DNA from: Takakia lepidozioides | Taxonomy: Eukaryota; Plantae; Bryophyta | Assembly: GCA_030704615.1 (NCBI GenBank) | Contig: CM060732.1 | Coordinates: 33,976,001-34,040,000 of the forward strand | DNA length: 64,000 bases | Reading direction: 5' to 3' | Made by a program: the position numbers and the translations under genes | The notes under the pieces: generated by a model | Seen by the model: the letters and a program-made list of their open reading frames with translations, nothing else | Database searches by the model: none | What the model was told of the DNA's origin: nothing | Shown: positions 12,301-25,030 of the stretch, piece by piece | How the letters are laid out: the number at the start of each line of letters is the position of its first letter | Position numbering within the stretch: the first letter of the stretch is position 1

Positions 12301-15300
12301 AAACCATTACCTGGCGAATGACAATGTCCCCAGCACATACATCAATCTGGTCCATGCATTCGCAGAGAGTGTGGCGTTGCTTCTGTGTCAAACTCTGGAA
12401 CAAGAAGTTGCATCGCATTGCCCGAGTGATTTGTGCCTGATATGTCAAGTATGTCAATACCAAATTTGAGCTGAAATAGGACAAAAGCTTGACCTCCACA
12501 TTGCTGGAATACATGTTGTGAAGGGTATGACAGAACTACTGGAAATCAGCTGGTCTGGCTGGGCTGCAGACCTCCAAGTCAGTGAATAACACACCACTCA
12601 CACATAGCAAGTCCAATGATTGATCATCTGGACTCCCACGAAATCTCGCTACAAAAAATTGGCTTATTCCATGCCGCAGCTGTTTGCATTGGTCAATCAG
12701 TGCATTTTGACATAATCCCTACATACAATGCAAGCATTTAACGATCCTGAGTTCAGCACAAAAGCCATTTCGCTGTGAAACGATCTAGGGCCTTTCATAC
12801 GGATTTGGTGTAGCACTTGTCACAGACAAAGCCTTCATGCCCAGTCTATCAGAAATGTCAGGAATGTGACATTCCACAGCTATTTATTGGTAAGAGCTGA
12901 TACAGACTGAAAAGACCTTTTTCTACAGTACAAAGCTGAACAATTCTCTACGTAACATGAAGATTGACCAAAACTAGCCTAGAACAGCCTCTGACGAACA
13001 CATTGTAGTGAGGTCGATGACGGACACTTGCAAGAAGCCTACCTCTTCTTCAGGAGTCTTTGGGTGAGGTTCTGAGGGGGGCACCCACGGTTCATCTTGC
13101 TCCAACAAAGCCTCAATTGCACCTCGAGCCTTTGACAGGTCATTACGTGCAGGGCGAACAGCTTTGGAGGCTTCTCGCCCAATTCGCACAGGCGACTTTC
13201 TGCCTGATATTGTCTGGACCAACTGCGGTTCTGGCTCTTCAACTGCAACCTGTCAAGGGTCACTTCAAAAGTTACCCACTTGAATCCCCTACATGTTGAA
13301 CCACCTAGTGTGGCCGTGACTGGTTGCAGAGCAGTGATCAGCAATTAATTTGGAGACACCAGTCCTAAATCCCTGCCCTTGCACTGCTGCTTTATAATAT
13401 TCTCACACTCAAATGTCAAATGTCTCCCTCAAAATGATAGGGGGAAGGTGTGGACTGAGTCCACAGAACACAGTGGCCTGACCCCGAGACTTAAGAAGGA
13501 TGCAAGCAACACCACTCCCAGTGCATTCATAGAAGCCTACTCAAAAGAGTTTAGAAACAGAATAAAACGGGGTAAGACTCACACATACTTGTTGAAGGCC
13601 ATTAATCCAAACAACAATTATTGTTATGTCATCAGTGCGAGTCTCATATTGCAGCCATAGCCGGTAGGACTCTGCCACAATGGCAGCACAAGCATCCTTT
13701 GGGTCCTTATACTTGGCCACCTGTCTCAACAAACAACAGAAAGAGGGGTACAGTTGAAGCTGAAACACACCACACATCTCTTTGCCACCAACCAGGGGGC
13801 AACAATTCCGCATCTTGTTCTTCATCTGGCTGATTTGTAAGATGACTTCTAAGTATTGGAGAGTACAAAATATCACATCATAGTCTCCCATATCTGGTCA
13901 CAACCCAGAGGTCTGTATTACCATAAACAATCCTTTGATTGATCAAACCGGTTCAAAATTCAAACTTGATCAAGCGCAAGCATCAACACTTCATTAAGTT
14001 GCAAATCAATGACAACAGTTTGCAAGGAGGCACAGAGGATCCAGAGCCCTGTGTCCATTTCTGCCTCTATGATAACAGGCATGTTCAAGCTCTATCAAAC
14101 TTTTCAGGCACCTGAGATACACCAATCATTTCTCAGCACAAGATTGAAGCAAACCGAAAGCACAATTGAACCCACCTTGTACTTCCAAAACAAGCCCCAC
14201 TTACTTTATCCCTGCAGTATCAGATTACCACTGCCGCTGATAATCTGCATAGGGATTTGAGTAGGAAGGAGAAGGACAAATTAATCCCAACAGATCCCAG
14301 AGATTCATTCTCTCAAATGACTGCAAGGGCAAATTACCCACCATATCAATGACAGCTTGGCTGGAGAGAAACTCAAAAACACCATCACTGGCAATCACAA
14401 AGAAGGGATTCTTTGGTGTGAGCTCCATAACTAGAACCTCGGGCACTGCTATTACACCAATCTGCTCTGCCACTGTGTCCCCTATGCTTCTAGTGAAGGC
14501 AGTGCCTGGGTACATGCCATTAGCCACCCATAGGCGGGGGGGGTCACCATCATCATCGTCCTCCCCTTCCCAGCACTGAACGGTAGGATCCTTTAACCCC
14601 TCAACCTGGTCGAGGGTCAAAACCCGAGCCCCACAATTTTTCACGCGAGCACATTCGTCAGCCCGATATGGAGTTTGGTCGCTGGAGAGATCGACTGCAA
14701 CCAGCTTTTTCCCCTTCTTCTTAGCTATGACTGCTCGTGAATCACCAACATTAGCTACATAGAGTGTGCTGCCTCGGACCAGCACAGTGATGCCGGTTGT
14801 CCCACTCATTGAATCATTAATATTATATCGGTGCAGCTGCAAGTTGGTGGCGACAAATGCTGAATGATAGGCCTGAATAACATCTTTGCCGAAATGGCGA
14901 TTCCTGAGCAGATTCCGACACAGATGTTTCTGTGCAAACTGAGCACAATCAGTACCAAACTCTCCATGTCCGTCAAAAACCCCAAAGAAATGGTCATTAG
15001 GATCATCACCGAATGATGTATGTACACAGAAACTGTCTTGATTGGTCTTATCTGGGTCTTCAGGATAGTACCCTCTTTGGGTTAAGTATGAGTATTGTAG
15101 CTCAAATTTCCTAGCTGGCACCGTCACCACCCTAGAACCACTGACAGGAAGGTATTCATCAGAGAGACCTGCAAGGTAAGGTGATCCACTATCAAGGTCC
15201 AGAGCATGTAATGAGGGGGATTCTCGGTTTCCTGCATTGGACTTGAGGTAATTCCAAGAGCTCGATTTTGGTGTTCGACTATCTGGTCGCACCTTGGGTG

Positions 15301-15796
15301 TCTCGGTTCTGACCTTAGGTGTTCCACCATCTAATCTAAACTTCGGTGTCCAACTAGATCTCAGTTTTGGTGTCTGGGTAGGTGTTTTGTCTGATCTGAT
15401 TTTGGGTGTTGCAGTCGCTGACCTGAGCTTAGGTGTTCCACTGGCTGATCTAAGCTTCGGAGTTCCACCTTTCTCAGACTTGAGCTTCGGAGTTCCACCT
15501 TTCTCAGACTTCAACTTCGGAGTTCCACCTTTCTCAGGCTTCAACTTCGGAGTTCCCCGTTTCTGTGAGCGCACCCTAGGTAGTGCTGTTGGGATTCCAG
15601 TTGCATCTGTGTCTGTATCAACCACCCTGCTGGGTAATGGTTTTGGTGCTCCCAGGGCATCTCTATCCATGCCATCACTCTCTGAGCTGAGAGTTTCTAG
15701 GCCCCCGTGTTGGTGCAGTTCGTGGCCCTTAGGAACCTCATCGACCCGCCGGTCGGGCAGCTCCGAGGCTGCGCTTTTCCCCATGATGCACCCCAT
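347..15796 (-). CDS. Protein phosphatase 2C + two cyclic-nucleotide-binding domains + degenerate AGC-type kinase domain (At2g20050 / rice PKG-like), 15 coding exons
   Basis: GT-AG exons joined in frame: 15796-14342, 13720-13589, 13249-13043, 12436-12311, 12098-12036, 11671-11565, 11269-11038, 10674-10346, 10021-9934, 3623-3557, 3154-2877, 2494-2429, 1812-1691, 1373-1217, 589-347. Starts MGC (acylation-type). PP2C motifs DGHG, SGTT, NVGDSRA, ASDGVFE, DDIT; CNBD motifs FGELAL..PRQAT and GEWVLL..TRSIT; kinase motifs [39 protein letters not shown]. Confidence 0.93.
4493..8873 (+). pseudogene. LINE polyprotein broken by two 1-nt deletions (~5189, ~7725) and a CGA>TGA stop (8058)
   Basis: ORFs 4334-5194, 5206-7956, 7875-8060 and 8103-8873 join up. 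Copy B has the extra C (52741-52744) and CGA (53076). Repeat units 1-2 have GGGG where unit 3 has GGG. Confidence 0.85.
4790..5202 (+). repeat. Three tandem 141-bp (47-aa) units in the LINE N-terminal region
   Basis: Units start at 4790, 4931 and 5072; each encodes [44 protein letters not shown]. Confidence 0.95.
15264..15556 (-). repeat. Coding repeat: 11 TPK motifs, including near-perfect 30-nt units ([10 protein letters not shown])
   Basis: cttcggagttccacctttctcag recurs with 30-nt period at ~15454-15556; translation [46 protein letters not shown]...RTPKSS. Confidence 0.9.
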
Positions 15797-18700
15797 CGTT
15801 TCATCCACGAGGAGAGACCCAAAAGGAGGAGAGAGATAGCAATGTATCAATCACGGATTCCGCTATCCGCAGAACCCTGTGTGGGTGTTGGTACTGCGCG
15901 TCATTCCCTCACGTTTCCATCCTTTACCATAGCCCTTCCAATAGGCGTCTAGAGTTGCCCGGAACCTGAAGGAATGCATCAGAGTAATAAGACCCCGGTG
16001 CCCCCTTCCACCTGCTAGAGGAATCCCCTCGCTTCATCAGTCTTCATCCTCCTATCGTTTGGGAGAGGAAAGTTTTGAAAGTTCAGACTTTAAAAAGTAT
16101 TATCCTCGCTGAATTCTAAGACGCAATCCCGTTGCCCGCAACTCCATCAATTGTCGGACGAAACTGGCGCTTTCAATTCACTCAGACTAGGGAATCTCCA
16201 ACCTTGAGAAGATGCATTGATCAATGAGCACAGCAGGCTCTCTGAAGAATTCATGCCCGAGTGCATCGACCGCTAAAACAGCCACAGAGACTACCCAGAA
16301 GAAGCACACAATGCGGAATCAGAAAATTCAGCAAATACTGGAAACAAAGAGCAGCCCAATTGCATTCCTGGCTCGAAATCCTGTGAGTGCCGAGACCTCA
16401 CCACATTCAAGCAGATCCTCGTCTCCTGTCAACCACAAGCGGGACCTCTAAATTCCGCCATAGCCACACAGCGACCCCGGAGTCCAAAATCTCCCTTAGC
16501 AGCAGAAATCAAGCGCCGACACCACTTGACAAACCGATGTCACTCCCACAATCTCTGCTCAGCTTTCCCATCTACGCTAACCTCCAAAACTCTCAAGACA
16601 AAGCTGTCTACAAGTGAAAAAAAACCTTCGCCAGCAACCAAGCCCAGAGCCCTTTCCCTGATAGCGCCGTAAGACAATTCCTCGCCATAACCTCAACGCC
16701 GGTGCCCACAAGATGGTGCAGCGTCAAGCGCCATAGCCGAAGCTCTTCAAGACCACACAAATGTTCAAACCAAAGAGAAGAGGGAGCGCTGAGCTGACCC
16801 ATCACCGCGCCGAGCCCCAGTCCGGGGTAATAGGGTCCCTGCCCTCCTATTCCGTGTTGCTAGTTTCCTTTCTTCTTTCTTCTTTCTTGTTTGTGGCTAA
16901 GTAACTTGATCCACGTCACATTTCCTCTTACATTTTTGCTTGTCTTCTTGTGGACCGATGTCTTCCTTCACTCAGGAATGTTGGGTTGTTGAGTTGCAGT
17001 TGGCGGGGCGGGGCTCCAGCTTTCTACACTGCAGTGTAGCGACAAATGACATTGTCAGCTGCAAATCCATCATGGGATAACTTAGATCTTCAGCGATGCT
17101 GAGGCTAAGAGGCACAGATACTTTTTTCTCCACCAAAGCTGAGCTTGCCATGCAGACTGTGGAGCAGTGCAGCTGTATAGCTAGGTACAATACTGCGTAA
17201 CTGTTTATCCCGAATCGGAAATGGAAAGGCAGACCCCAGAAAGGGGAGTCAATGCGCCGAAAGGAAAGGTCGTGGGATTCAGAGCGTGCATATTTAGTTG
17301 TAACTTGTAGGCTTTCTAAAGCAGCCCCACACTATCCTCCAGTCATCACTCTGCCTACATGTGATGTGCGGCTGTAGATTCACTGCCATCATGACTTTAT
17401 CTCTGTGGGTTTGTCCCCACTTTTGTGGTCTCATTCTACTTAGTACCTGGCAAGTCTGTAGGCTTTGCCTCTCCGCGCACAGTGTCTGATTAGTAAGCAC
17501 AGCTTGCCAAGCAAATGATGCAAGGAGTTGAATGGATCGATTTCACAGTTACTTCTTGGGACGTGGGCACTCAGCTGAGAACCATTTATCGGCCCTCTGA
17601 TGAGCTATCATCACTACTTACAGCAAATCCTTTTACGCCATGATCACACAGTTATCGAGAAACCTCTGATCAGCGCTGTGGCGAAATGAATGTGCAAAAA
17701 GGTTTTATCATGAATGTGGAAGGCTGCTTCTTCCAGCACACCTCATGACATGTCACTAGGTTTGTCTGCATGGGAACAGGCCTTCAGAGACAGCATTGCT
17801 CCGTAGATTGCAAGCAGGGCAGCCCAATCTTGTAGCACTGCCACTGTCATATGTGATGACTCGATGAGGTCACTGTTGAGGATGAATCCACTGCACACCA
17901 TGGATTGACACAACACAACCGAAGCTAGTATGGAGGTATTGAATGGGGGGAATCTTTGGGAACCTGTATTGTTGGTCACGTGTAGCACGCTTGGTGGTGA
18001 ATGAATCCCCATGTACTTACAATTGTCTATTATAGACTAGGTAGATGTAAAGGGGGGCCGCACGTTTTTAGGTTAACCCCTAATCTAAAGGCCTAGTGAT
18101 AACTTTTTGCACCCTTGATTGCACCCCTGAGCCACCTTTTCATTCATTAGTAAAACTGTGCTGAGATCTACACAACTTGACGGTTCAAATGATGTAACTA
18201 ACTCTACCCCTTTACCTCCACCTCCGGTAAGAATTGGAATTTATATCCATTTTATGAGCATGAAAATATTCTATAATCTTTGCAAAATAGAAACAAATTC
18301 ACAAATCGTATCGAAATTCCTAAATGGCCGATTGGATTGAGTCTAATTTCCAGAAGAATGCAGTGGCCATCCCCGGCGACCCTACCGCGCTTGCATTCAA
18401 CTCGTCGCGTAAGCGTAGTCTTCAAAAATTGCAGGCATGGCCACATGTAAATTCTATTTAGCACCCATGTGGCAGGAATAAGGAGGCGACATAGCTAGAA
18501 AAGTGGCTATATAACAGGTGTCATATTTTAACAGGTCCATGTAGGACAAATCTGGCTCCTGATATTTAACCATTGGCGATTTTCTTGATTTTTATTCCCA
18601 TAATTCCTTGGTAAAAGTAGCTGACCCATTTTCCAGGTCGAAATATGGCGATTTTTCGCTGGCTGTTGGCGAGCTTCTCATAAGTTTTCAGATTTTTTAG

Positions 18701-18948
18701 ACAAGTTTTGGGTGTACCTACTATGCAGTGATCAAGAGGAGTCCACACACTGCATTTCTAGCACTTTGCCACCCTTTTAATTTTAAGAAATAATTCAGAA
18801 CGCAACCCCAAGCCTCTCATTTTTTATTAATAGCGTCTTGAATCAATGTTTTTAAATTTTCAGACTCTCTGCCTAGAGGGGCCCATACATATTTCTTAAG
18901 GGGGTGATTAATGGGCGTGGACACAACCAAACAACCTACATATGCTTG

Positions 18949-19132
18949 AATATATATATATATATTACTTTTCTCGAAGGAAGTGTAATTTATGGAGTCA
19001 CTTCACCCCTAAGGGGTGCGGCCTTCCGCTAGGAAGGTGGACACCTTCATGACACACCAGATCGTGGTTCGAACCCACAACCACATCCAACGTGGTATGT
19101 GCCCATTACCACTGGGCTACATGCTGGTTGTC
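18949..19132 (-). mobile_element. tRNA-derived SINE
   Basis: Minus strand has A box TAGCCCAGTGG and B box GGTTCGAACC at tRNA-like spacing, a (TA)n tail, and a perfect 10-bp TSD catatgcttg (18939-18948, 19133-19142). Confidence 0.88.
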
Positions 19133-20452
19133 CATATGCTTGTGCTATGTGGGTGCTCATGAGTGTCAGGGGTGGCACTTATTGCCCTCAACCCCTACCT
19201 ATTCCCTTAAGGAGGCTCAACCGCTTGCCCTAGGCTATATTAGGTGTGGAGTATACTAGACATGAATTAAAACTTAATGCACACCGGCAACATCTGACCG
19301 GATGGTATCCCCTTACCGTGATGTCAAATCTTCCCTACCCTCATGGAACTGGAGTGCTCCAGGTTGGGGTTACGCGGTTACAGGGTGGGGAGTGTAACTC
19401 CACTTGTTCGAACTTTGACTAAGTATAAATTGGACTCAAAGAGTAGAGTCGAACCTGAAATCTTGTCATCTGCACTACAATGACCTTTCCAACACACTAC
19501 CTGCCACAGCAGGACAGTCTTTTGGATTCTTAAGTGTTTAATAGCGAAACCGAGGTAAGAGGGGGGTGGGAAGGATTTGACAGCACCCCCAGAGAGCCCG
19601 CCCAGGCTGCCGGCGAAAGTACCGTCAGATGACACGAGTGCAGTACATTATTCTTATCCTCCGTACTGTTTCCCTCCAATCCATGCCCTATCTTCACATG
19701 ACACCTAGGACTTAAAGGAGCAAACAGAGAAGAAGGCAATGACGTGTCCTCTATATCTGCGCTCCAATCGTGTCCTCTATAACCGCTGACAATTGCATTC
19801 AGAGCACAATCATAAACACCCCCCTCTAATCTAGATTCAAGTCTACTCAATAATGTATTATAAACTTATGTTCGGTCTATAACCGTTGTGTCAGCCATAG
19901 TCCATAATATGACAATATATATTATGGTGGCTTTATAGGTGACGGACATGGGTCAACAGTCAGGAATAGGCCCCCTTACCCTCCGCATATGACGGTTTTG
20001 TTTTCAAACATAGTAGCCCTACCACCGTGGAATGGGCTACTGCAAATGGTTATTTACTAGCGGATTATTGACTAGGAAGGTAAGGTACATGAGCCCATGC
20101 AGTGTGGTCCTTCCCTCGGAGGAAGGAGAGGAAAAGCTGTTATGAAAGTGCTCCTCGGTCGAGCGAAGCAGGCCAATGCCCCTTCTATTCGGCTGTCACT
20201 GGTATGTCATTTCAGTCTCCAATGTCAATTTGCTTCGCTTGTTTGAATTCTGCAGAATACCTCCTCGCAAGCACAATTTTTATGCCTTCTCTCTCTCTCT
20301 CTCTCTCTCTCTCTGGTTCGTATTGGCTGTGTGCTGGGCTCCAGGGCATCTTCGGAATAAATCTCATAACAATATACCCTAGTCGCCTGAAACCCACAAC
20401 CTGGTCAGGAATATCCCGTGAGAGCTAAGTACGCCCTTCAGGTTACGTCAGG

Positions 20453-21180
20453 GTAGCGTTGTGGCCATTGACCCCGCGCCCACCTTTGAGCGGAACACAA
20501 AGGAACAGAAACTACCTTTGTCAGGGGCTGATCCGGTATGTGACTTACCTTGGAACAGACAATTGATATCCTCTAGAAATCCCTTCACACAAGCATCAAT
20601 CTGCTGTGTGTGATTTGCCCAATAACTAGGCCCCAAAAGGGCCTGGGCTTTTAGATCAGCCTCGAGATTTTCAAAGTTGGTAAACAGAGGTACAGGCGCA
20701 AATCCCTTGATGGATTTGAAGAGTGCATCTCTCTGGTGAGAATACGCAGGACAAATGAATCAGAAAATAAATATTGTGTTCAGGTTGCCCACACAACAGG
20801 CATTTGCAAGCCCCCTTTCCTCTCTGCATCTGTTTGCTGTTCAAAGGTAGGCTTCCCCTCGAGTTCAAATTCCATTCTAGTGCCGAGAGTGGGTAAACCC
20901 TTAAGGTCATCCATGATGGCCTCCCCCATCTCACAGACTGGGAACAAGTTCAGGGAAGTTTTCTGCTGACCTCATTTTCATCAGACAGATTCCTGGCAAC
21001 AGACATGGCTTTGGACACTACAGCCTCTACGTCAGATTTATCCAGCAGGGTCAAGACTTGCGGACTAGGATTCAGATCCTTGAGAATCTCTTCTACCCTC
21101 TTCCGCCAGGACTTAGCCGGTTTGACAGGGCGATCCTGCTTCCAAGATATAGAGTCAATTAACTTAGGATATCAGATATC
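20453..21180 (-). mobile_element. Diverged, internally deleted 3' fragment of the same LINE family (copy E)
   Basis: Reverse complement aligns with ~8115-8855 ([42 protein letters not shown]). Confidence 0.9.
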
Positions 21181-21208
21181 TGAAGTTAGTTTCTGCAGGA
21201 AAGAGAGA

Positions 21209-21321
21209 ATGTACTCATAAGACGTTGTTTGCCGTAGCCTTGTGGCCATTGACCCCGCGCCCAGTTTGAGCCCACAAAGGGAAGAAATCCTTTTACACAA
21301 GCATCAACCTGCTGTGTGTGG
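21209..21321 (-). mobile_element. 113-bp internally deleted 3'-end remnant of the LINE (copy C), next to a (GA)n tract
   Basis: Intact terminus ggccacaaggctacggcaaacaacgtcttatgagtaca; degenerate TSD tctgcagg..gagaga on both sides. Confidence 0.85.
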
Positions 21322-23848
21322 TCTGCAGGGGGGAGAGAGAGAGAGAGAGAGAGAGAGTCTTGGCTAGTCAAGGTTGTGATCTGGGTTGCCAGTTTGCATA
21401 ATTGATGGCTGTAATAAAGGTAAATGCAGTACCCGAGACAACCTGTGGTCAGGTATTGAAGTCAGGCACATGGAGGAAAGAGACATAGGAGGCTGCGCCG
21501 TTCACTGCAATAAAGCTGTAGGATATGCTCGTGAGGATGACATAGGAGGCATGCTAGCATCTCATGTGCAGTCCTGCTGGGTTGCATTCGGCATGGATGG
21601 CTTGATCTTGTAAGTCGGGACAATCGTTTGTTGGTTGCTGCTCTCTCATTAGAATTTTGAGAGACAGACAAATGAATACTGGATAGGGCTTGTGGCCTTA
21701 CAGCCCTCATTCCGGTCTACATGGACCACGAAAGGGAGGTGCAGAGAGAAGAATAGGAGCCATTCCCATCACCAGATTTACCTGTAGATCATCTCAAGAC
21801 GATTCCCTTCCAGACTCGTCAGACAGATAGAGATGAGATGGTAATCATTTTCAGTAAATGGAGCTGTCTTTACTTCAGTGTGCAGCGACTCCAGATGCAC
21901 CTTTCTCAAGAAAGCCAAGTCAGGGAGGAGGGGCGAGGGACCAAGCTTTTGTTGCAACTCAAATTTGGGTGGGGGGTGTGCAGGGGAGACACAACAGGCT
22001 TGTCTATGGGGCACAGCATGGCAAGTAGCGAGGCTGCTTGGGTGGCACTCATGAGCAGAGCCATTGAAGAAAACAAGGCAACTGTGCAATATGTGGCGAT
22101 GCCAGGGCGTCTTTATCACTCATCATTCAGTGGGCCCTCTCTGCAAAACTCTCTTTTTAGGTGCTCACCCTTCTTGGCCCCGTTTGTTTGAGATTACCTG
22201 TTGAAAGCTATGATCTTTTCACAAGAGGAGGAGGATAAGACGAGAAAGAGAGGAAAATTGAGAGTGAAAGAGAGTCAAATCAAAGAGAGGGATCAGCTGG
22301 AGCTGTGCATGAATTACTCCCTTGGATCACTAACACCTAACAATTCTTTTGACCCAGTTTGATTTCAACAGTCAAGATGCAATGGAATTCCAACTTTTTG
22401 GTATGTCCGTGCATGTGTGGATGCAGGCACAGTTGGTACTTGTCAGTAGGGCACTACTAGGAGCCCAGAGAGGGATATGTCTAGTGCCCCAGCATCCTCC
22501 ACTAGTATCCACAGTGCTGATGCTAGAGTGAGAAGCATGAGGCACAAGGCTCCACAACAACTGTATCAGACCAGCAATGTGGAGTTCTGAGGTTGGCACT
22601 GTCCCTTTGCTCCAGGGAGATCATTTATGAAGATTGAGCTTTATGATTAAGATTAAAAATAAAAGATTAAGATTGAAATTGATTTATGTTGATGATCTGC
22701 ATTAGCCAACTTACTGAAACCGTTATCTTCAGGACTTCTTCTGTGAGAACTGATAAGCAACTTACATTGCAGGGTAGGTATAGTTGTATCAGAGGTTTGG
22801 GAGGATGGTCAAGCATTTGGAGGAGAGATTACAGGCAAGAAGGTCCTCAATGCTGGATATTGGCCCATGACACACAATTCTTCCAAAAAAAGCTGTGACG
22901 GTTTAATTTTCCCCTTTAGTGATGGTTTCACTTATGCGAACCTGCTGATAAAATAGCACCTCCCAAAGCGCACCACATATTACCCTGGGGAATATATGTC
23001 AACCAACGAAGTGTTGCGAGCAATGTTAGCAAAACCTTGCAATGTTGAGCAAAAGGACTGGGATACGTTAACTCCCACCACCATACTGCATGACATGCCA
23101 TTTTCAGTTGGAAGCAGACAAGGACTAATAATGCTTCACTATTACATGCACCTTGACGTCCACACATGAACTCAATGGAGTGGAAAGCCAAAACCAAGGT
23201 AATAAAAATCCTGGGTCTGGATTGAGGAAATGGAAGCAACAAAGCAACTGCCCGAAAGGGTGGGGGGATGGTGGGGGACTGCCTGGAAACTTAGCCTCTT
23301 TTAGAAGTTGGTTACTTTAGGACACTTGATGCCATGCCAAACTGATATGGATGGATCTTTTGAGATTGATGGTAATTGCCAGAGAACCACGGTTAAGGTG
23401 CTATGACCAAGCACAGTTGTCAAAGGGTACTTCAAGCATAGTAAGCGTAGCACAGTCTTATCAAAGAGCTTGACAATCCAGGCCATGTGTTGCACTCACA
23501 AGAAACTACGAGTACTGTAGTAATAAGGTGGAAGGTGGAGTTGCTGTCAAGTCCAACTCCCAGGAACTGCCATGATGATGATCAAATTGATCTATACATG
23601 CAAATGTCTTAGAATGACAATATAGAAACAAGAGTAATATAATCACATTCTAGTGGTATTGCAATAGTGACATCTTGGGTTAATCAGCCTACCCGATACG
23701 AGAGAGAGAGAGAGAGAGAGAGAGCAGCACCGGAGAGGAAGTCCTAGTTCACAAACGAATGCTTTTTGGAAATCAGAAAGGCTGTTGATCTTAGGCAAAA
23801 TGCAATGCTTCATGTGCAAACAGTACATTGTCTATAATCTCCATTTTG

Positions 23849-25030
23849 TGTTGGAAATCTGCATACACTGACCATTCTATCAACTGCAGAATAAGCCACT
23901 AAGAGATTAGATCACATCTTATTTGAGGACTTATAGTTGATAGCCACGTGGTTGGCAGTAATCAAGAATCAGTTCCTTCCCGCCTGGGATACCGTCCCTG
24001 GACAACGGATTAGGCATTTTTTGCGCCTAATTATAAAATCAATCAATCAGAAAATTAGGAATGTTTTGAAAACATTTTCTCAAATTAGGCATCTTCATGC
24101 TATAATTTTTTAGAATTAGGCACAAGAGAAGAGAAAACATTTATTTTCTTAAGAATAAAATTATAAAATAGACGCCCAATGCCCATGGGCCCAAGTTCCA
24201 GGCTCCAGCTACCTTTCATTTCCTTTGAAACCCTAAAAATGCCCCTCTTTATTGTACGCATTATTTGTTGAAAATGAGGATATCCCTGATCTCAATGTGG
24301 TGGACGAGGTAGATGGAGAGATCATGAGGACTAGCGAGGATGATGAATATGATGACATTGTTGAGTCCATGCAAGGGCCTTTCGATGTTACATGGAGCTC
24401 TCGCAAATAGATTGCGATCCGCACGCATATATTTGTATTGATTTTTGTTCAAAGAAATTTTGATCTTATTACAAACTACATGAGAAGAGGCTTCCAAGTT
24501 TTTTGCTGGAATTTTTGGGCATTAGGCACTTTGGTCCCATAATTTCCCAACAATTAGGCCAAAATCTGAAAAATTCACAATTGATTAGGCACTTTCATTT
24601 TGAATTGATTATCGCCTAATCCTTGTCCAGGGACGGCATGCTCTACTCAGGCGTCAGATTGTTTCGTCTGTGTTAATATACTTGAGTGTGTACTGTAAGA
24701 GCAATTACAGTCTCACTACTTGATTGTACTCATCCGATGTCAATGCCTTTTGCTGCATAGTTTTGTCATGTAATATTCATATACAAAACTCAATAGGTTA
24801 TGGGCCCACGTCTTGCACGTCGCTGTTGTGAGACAAAATAGTTTATTTTTAAGGGACAGACGAGATGAGCTGAGCGATGTCTTCCAAGGATGCATTTAGC
24901 ATAGAAAAGTTTACTGGAGACAACCTCTCGCTGTGGAAGATTCAGATGCAAATTCTCCTGAAAGCCAAGATCTTAGTGAGTGGAAAAGAGACGAGAGATA
25001 AAGCAACCGATAAAGATGTTTGGAACGATA
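23849..25030 (+). mobile_element. Ty1/copia remnant: 5' LTR, PBS and start of gag
   Basis: TGTTGG at 23849 ... CTCAATA at 24795, then copia-type PBS GGTTATGGGCCCA (24796-24808), then MSSKDAFSIEKFTGDNLSLWKIQMQILLKAK (copia gag N-terminus). Confidence 0.8.
23992..24636. mobile_element. 645-bp non-autonomous TIR element (possibly hAT-derived) nested in the copia LTR
   Basis: TIRs ccgtccctggacaa(c)ggattaggc / gcctaatccttgtccagggacgg; repeated attaggc subterminal motifs; internal acidic coding tail (EDIPDLNVVDEVDGE..DDEYDD). No clear TSD. Confidence 0.75.

Larger units (their letters stand above)
20287..23724. repeat. Three (CT)n/(GA)n microsatellites
   Basis: Tracts at ~20287-20313, ~21333-21357 and ~23700-23724. 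Confidence 0.9.

Noticed and set aside
18040-19900. Transposon-like region around the SINE
   Set aside because: No termini, TSD or recognisable protein could be supported.
20012-20060. Helitron 3' end (agtagccc..gggctact hairpin then CTAG)
   Set aside because: Next base is C rather than T, and no 5' TC end or Rep/helicase remnant was found.
21386-23500. Possible zinc-finger or other gene fragments (AHGGKRHRR, RLQMHLS)
   Set aside because: Too decayed to assign by eye.
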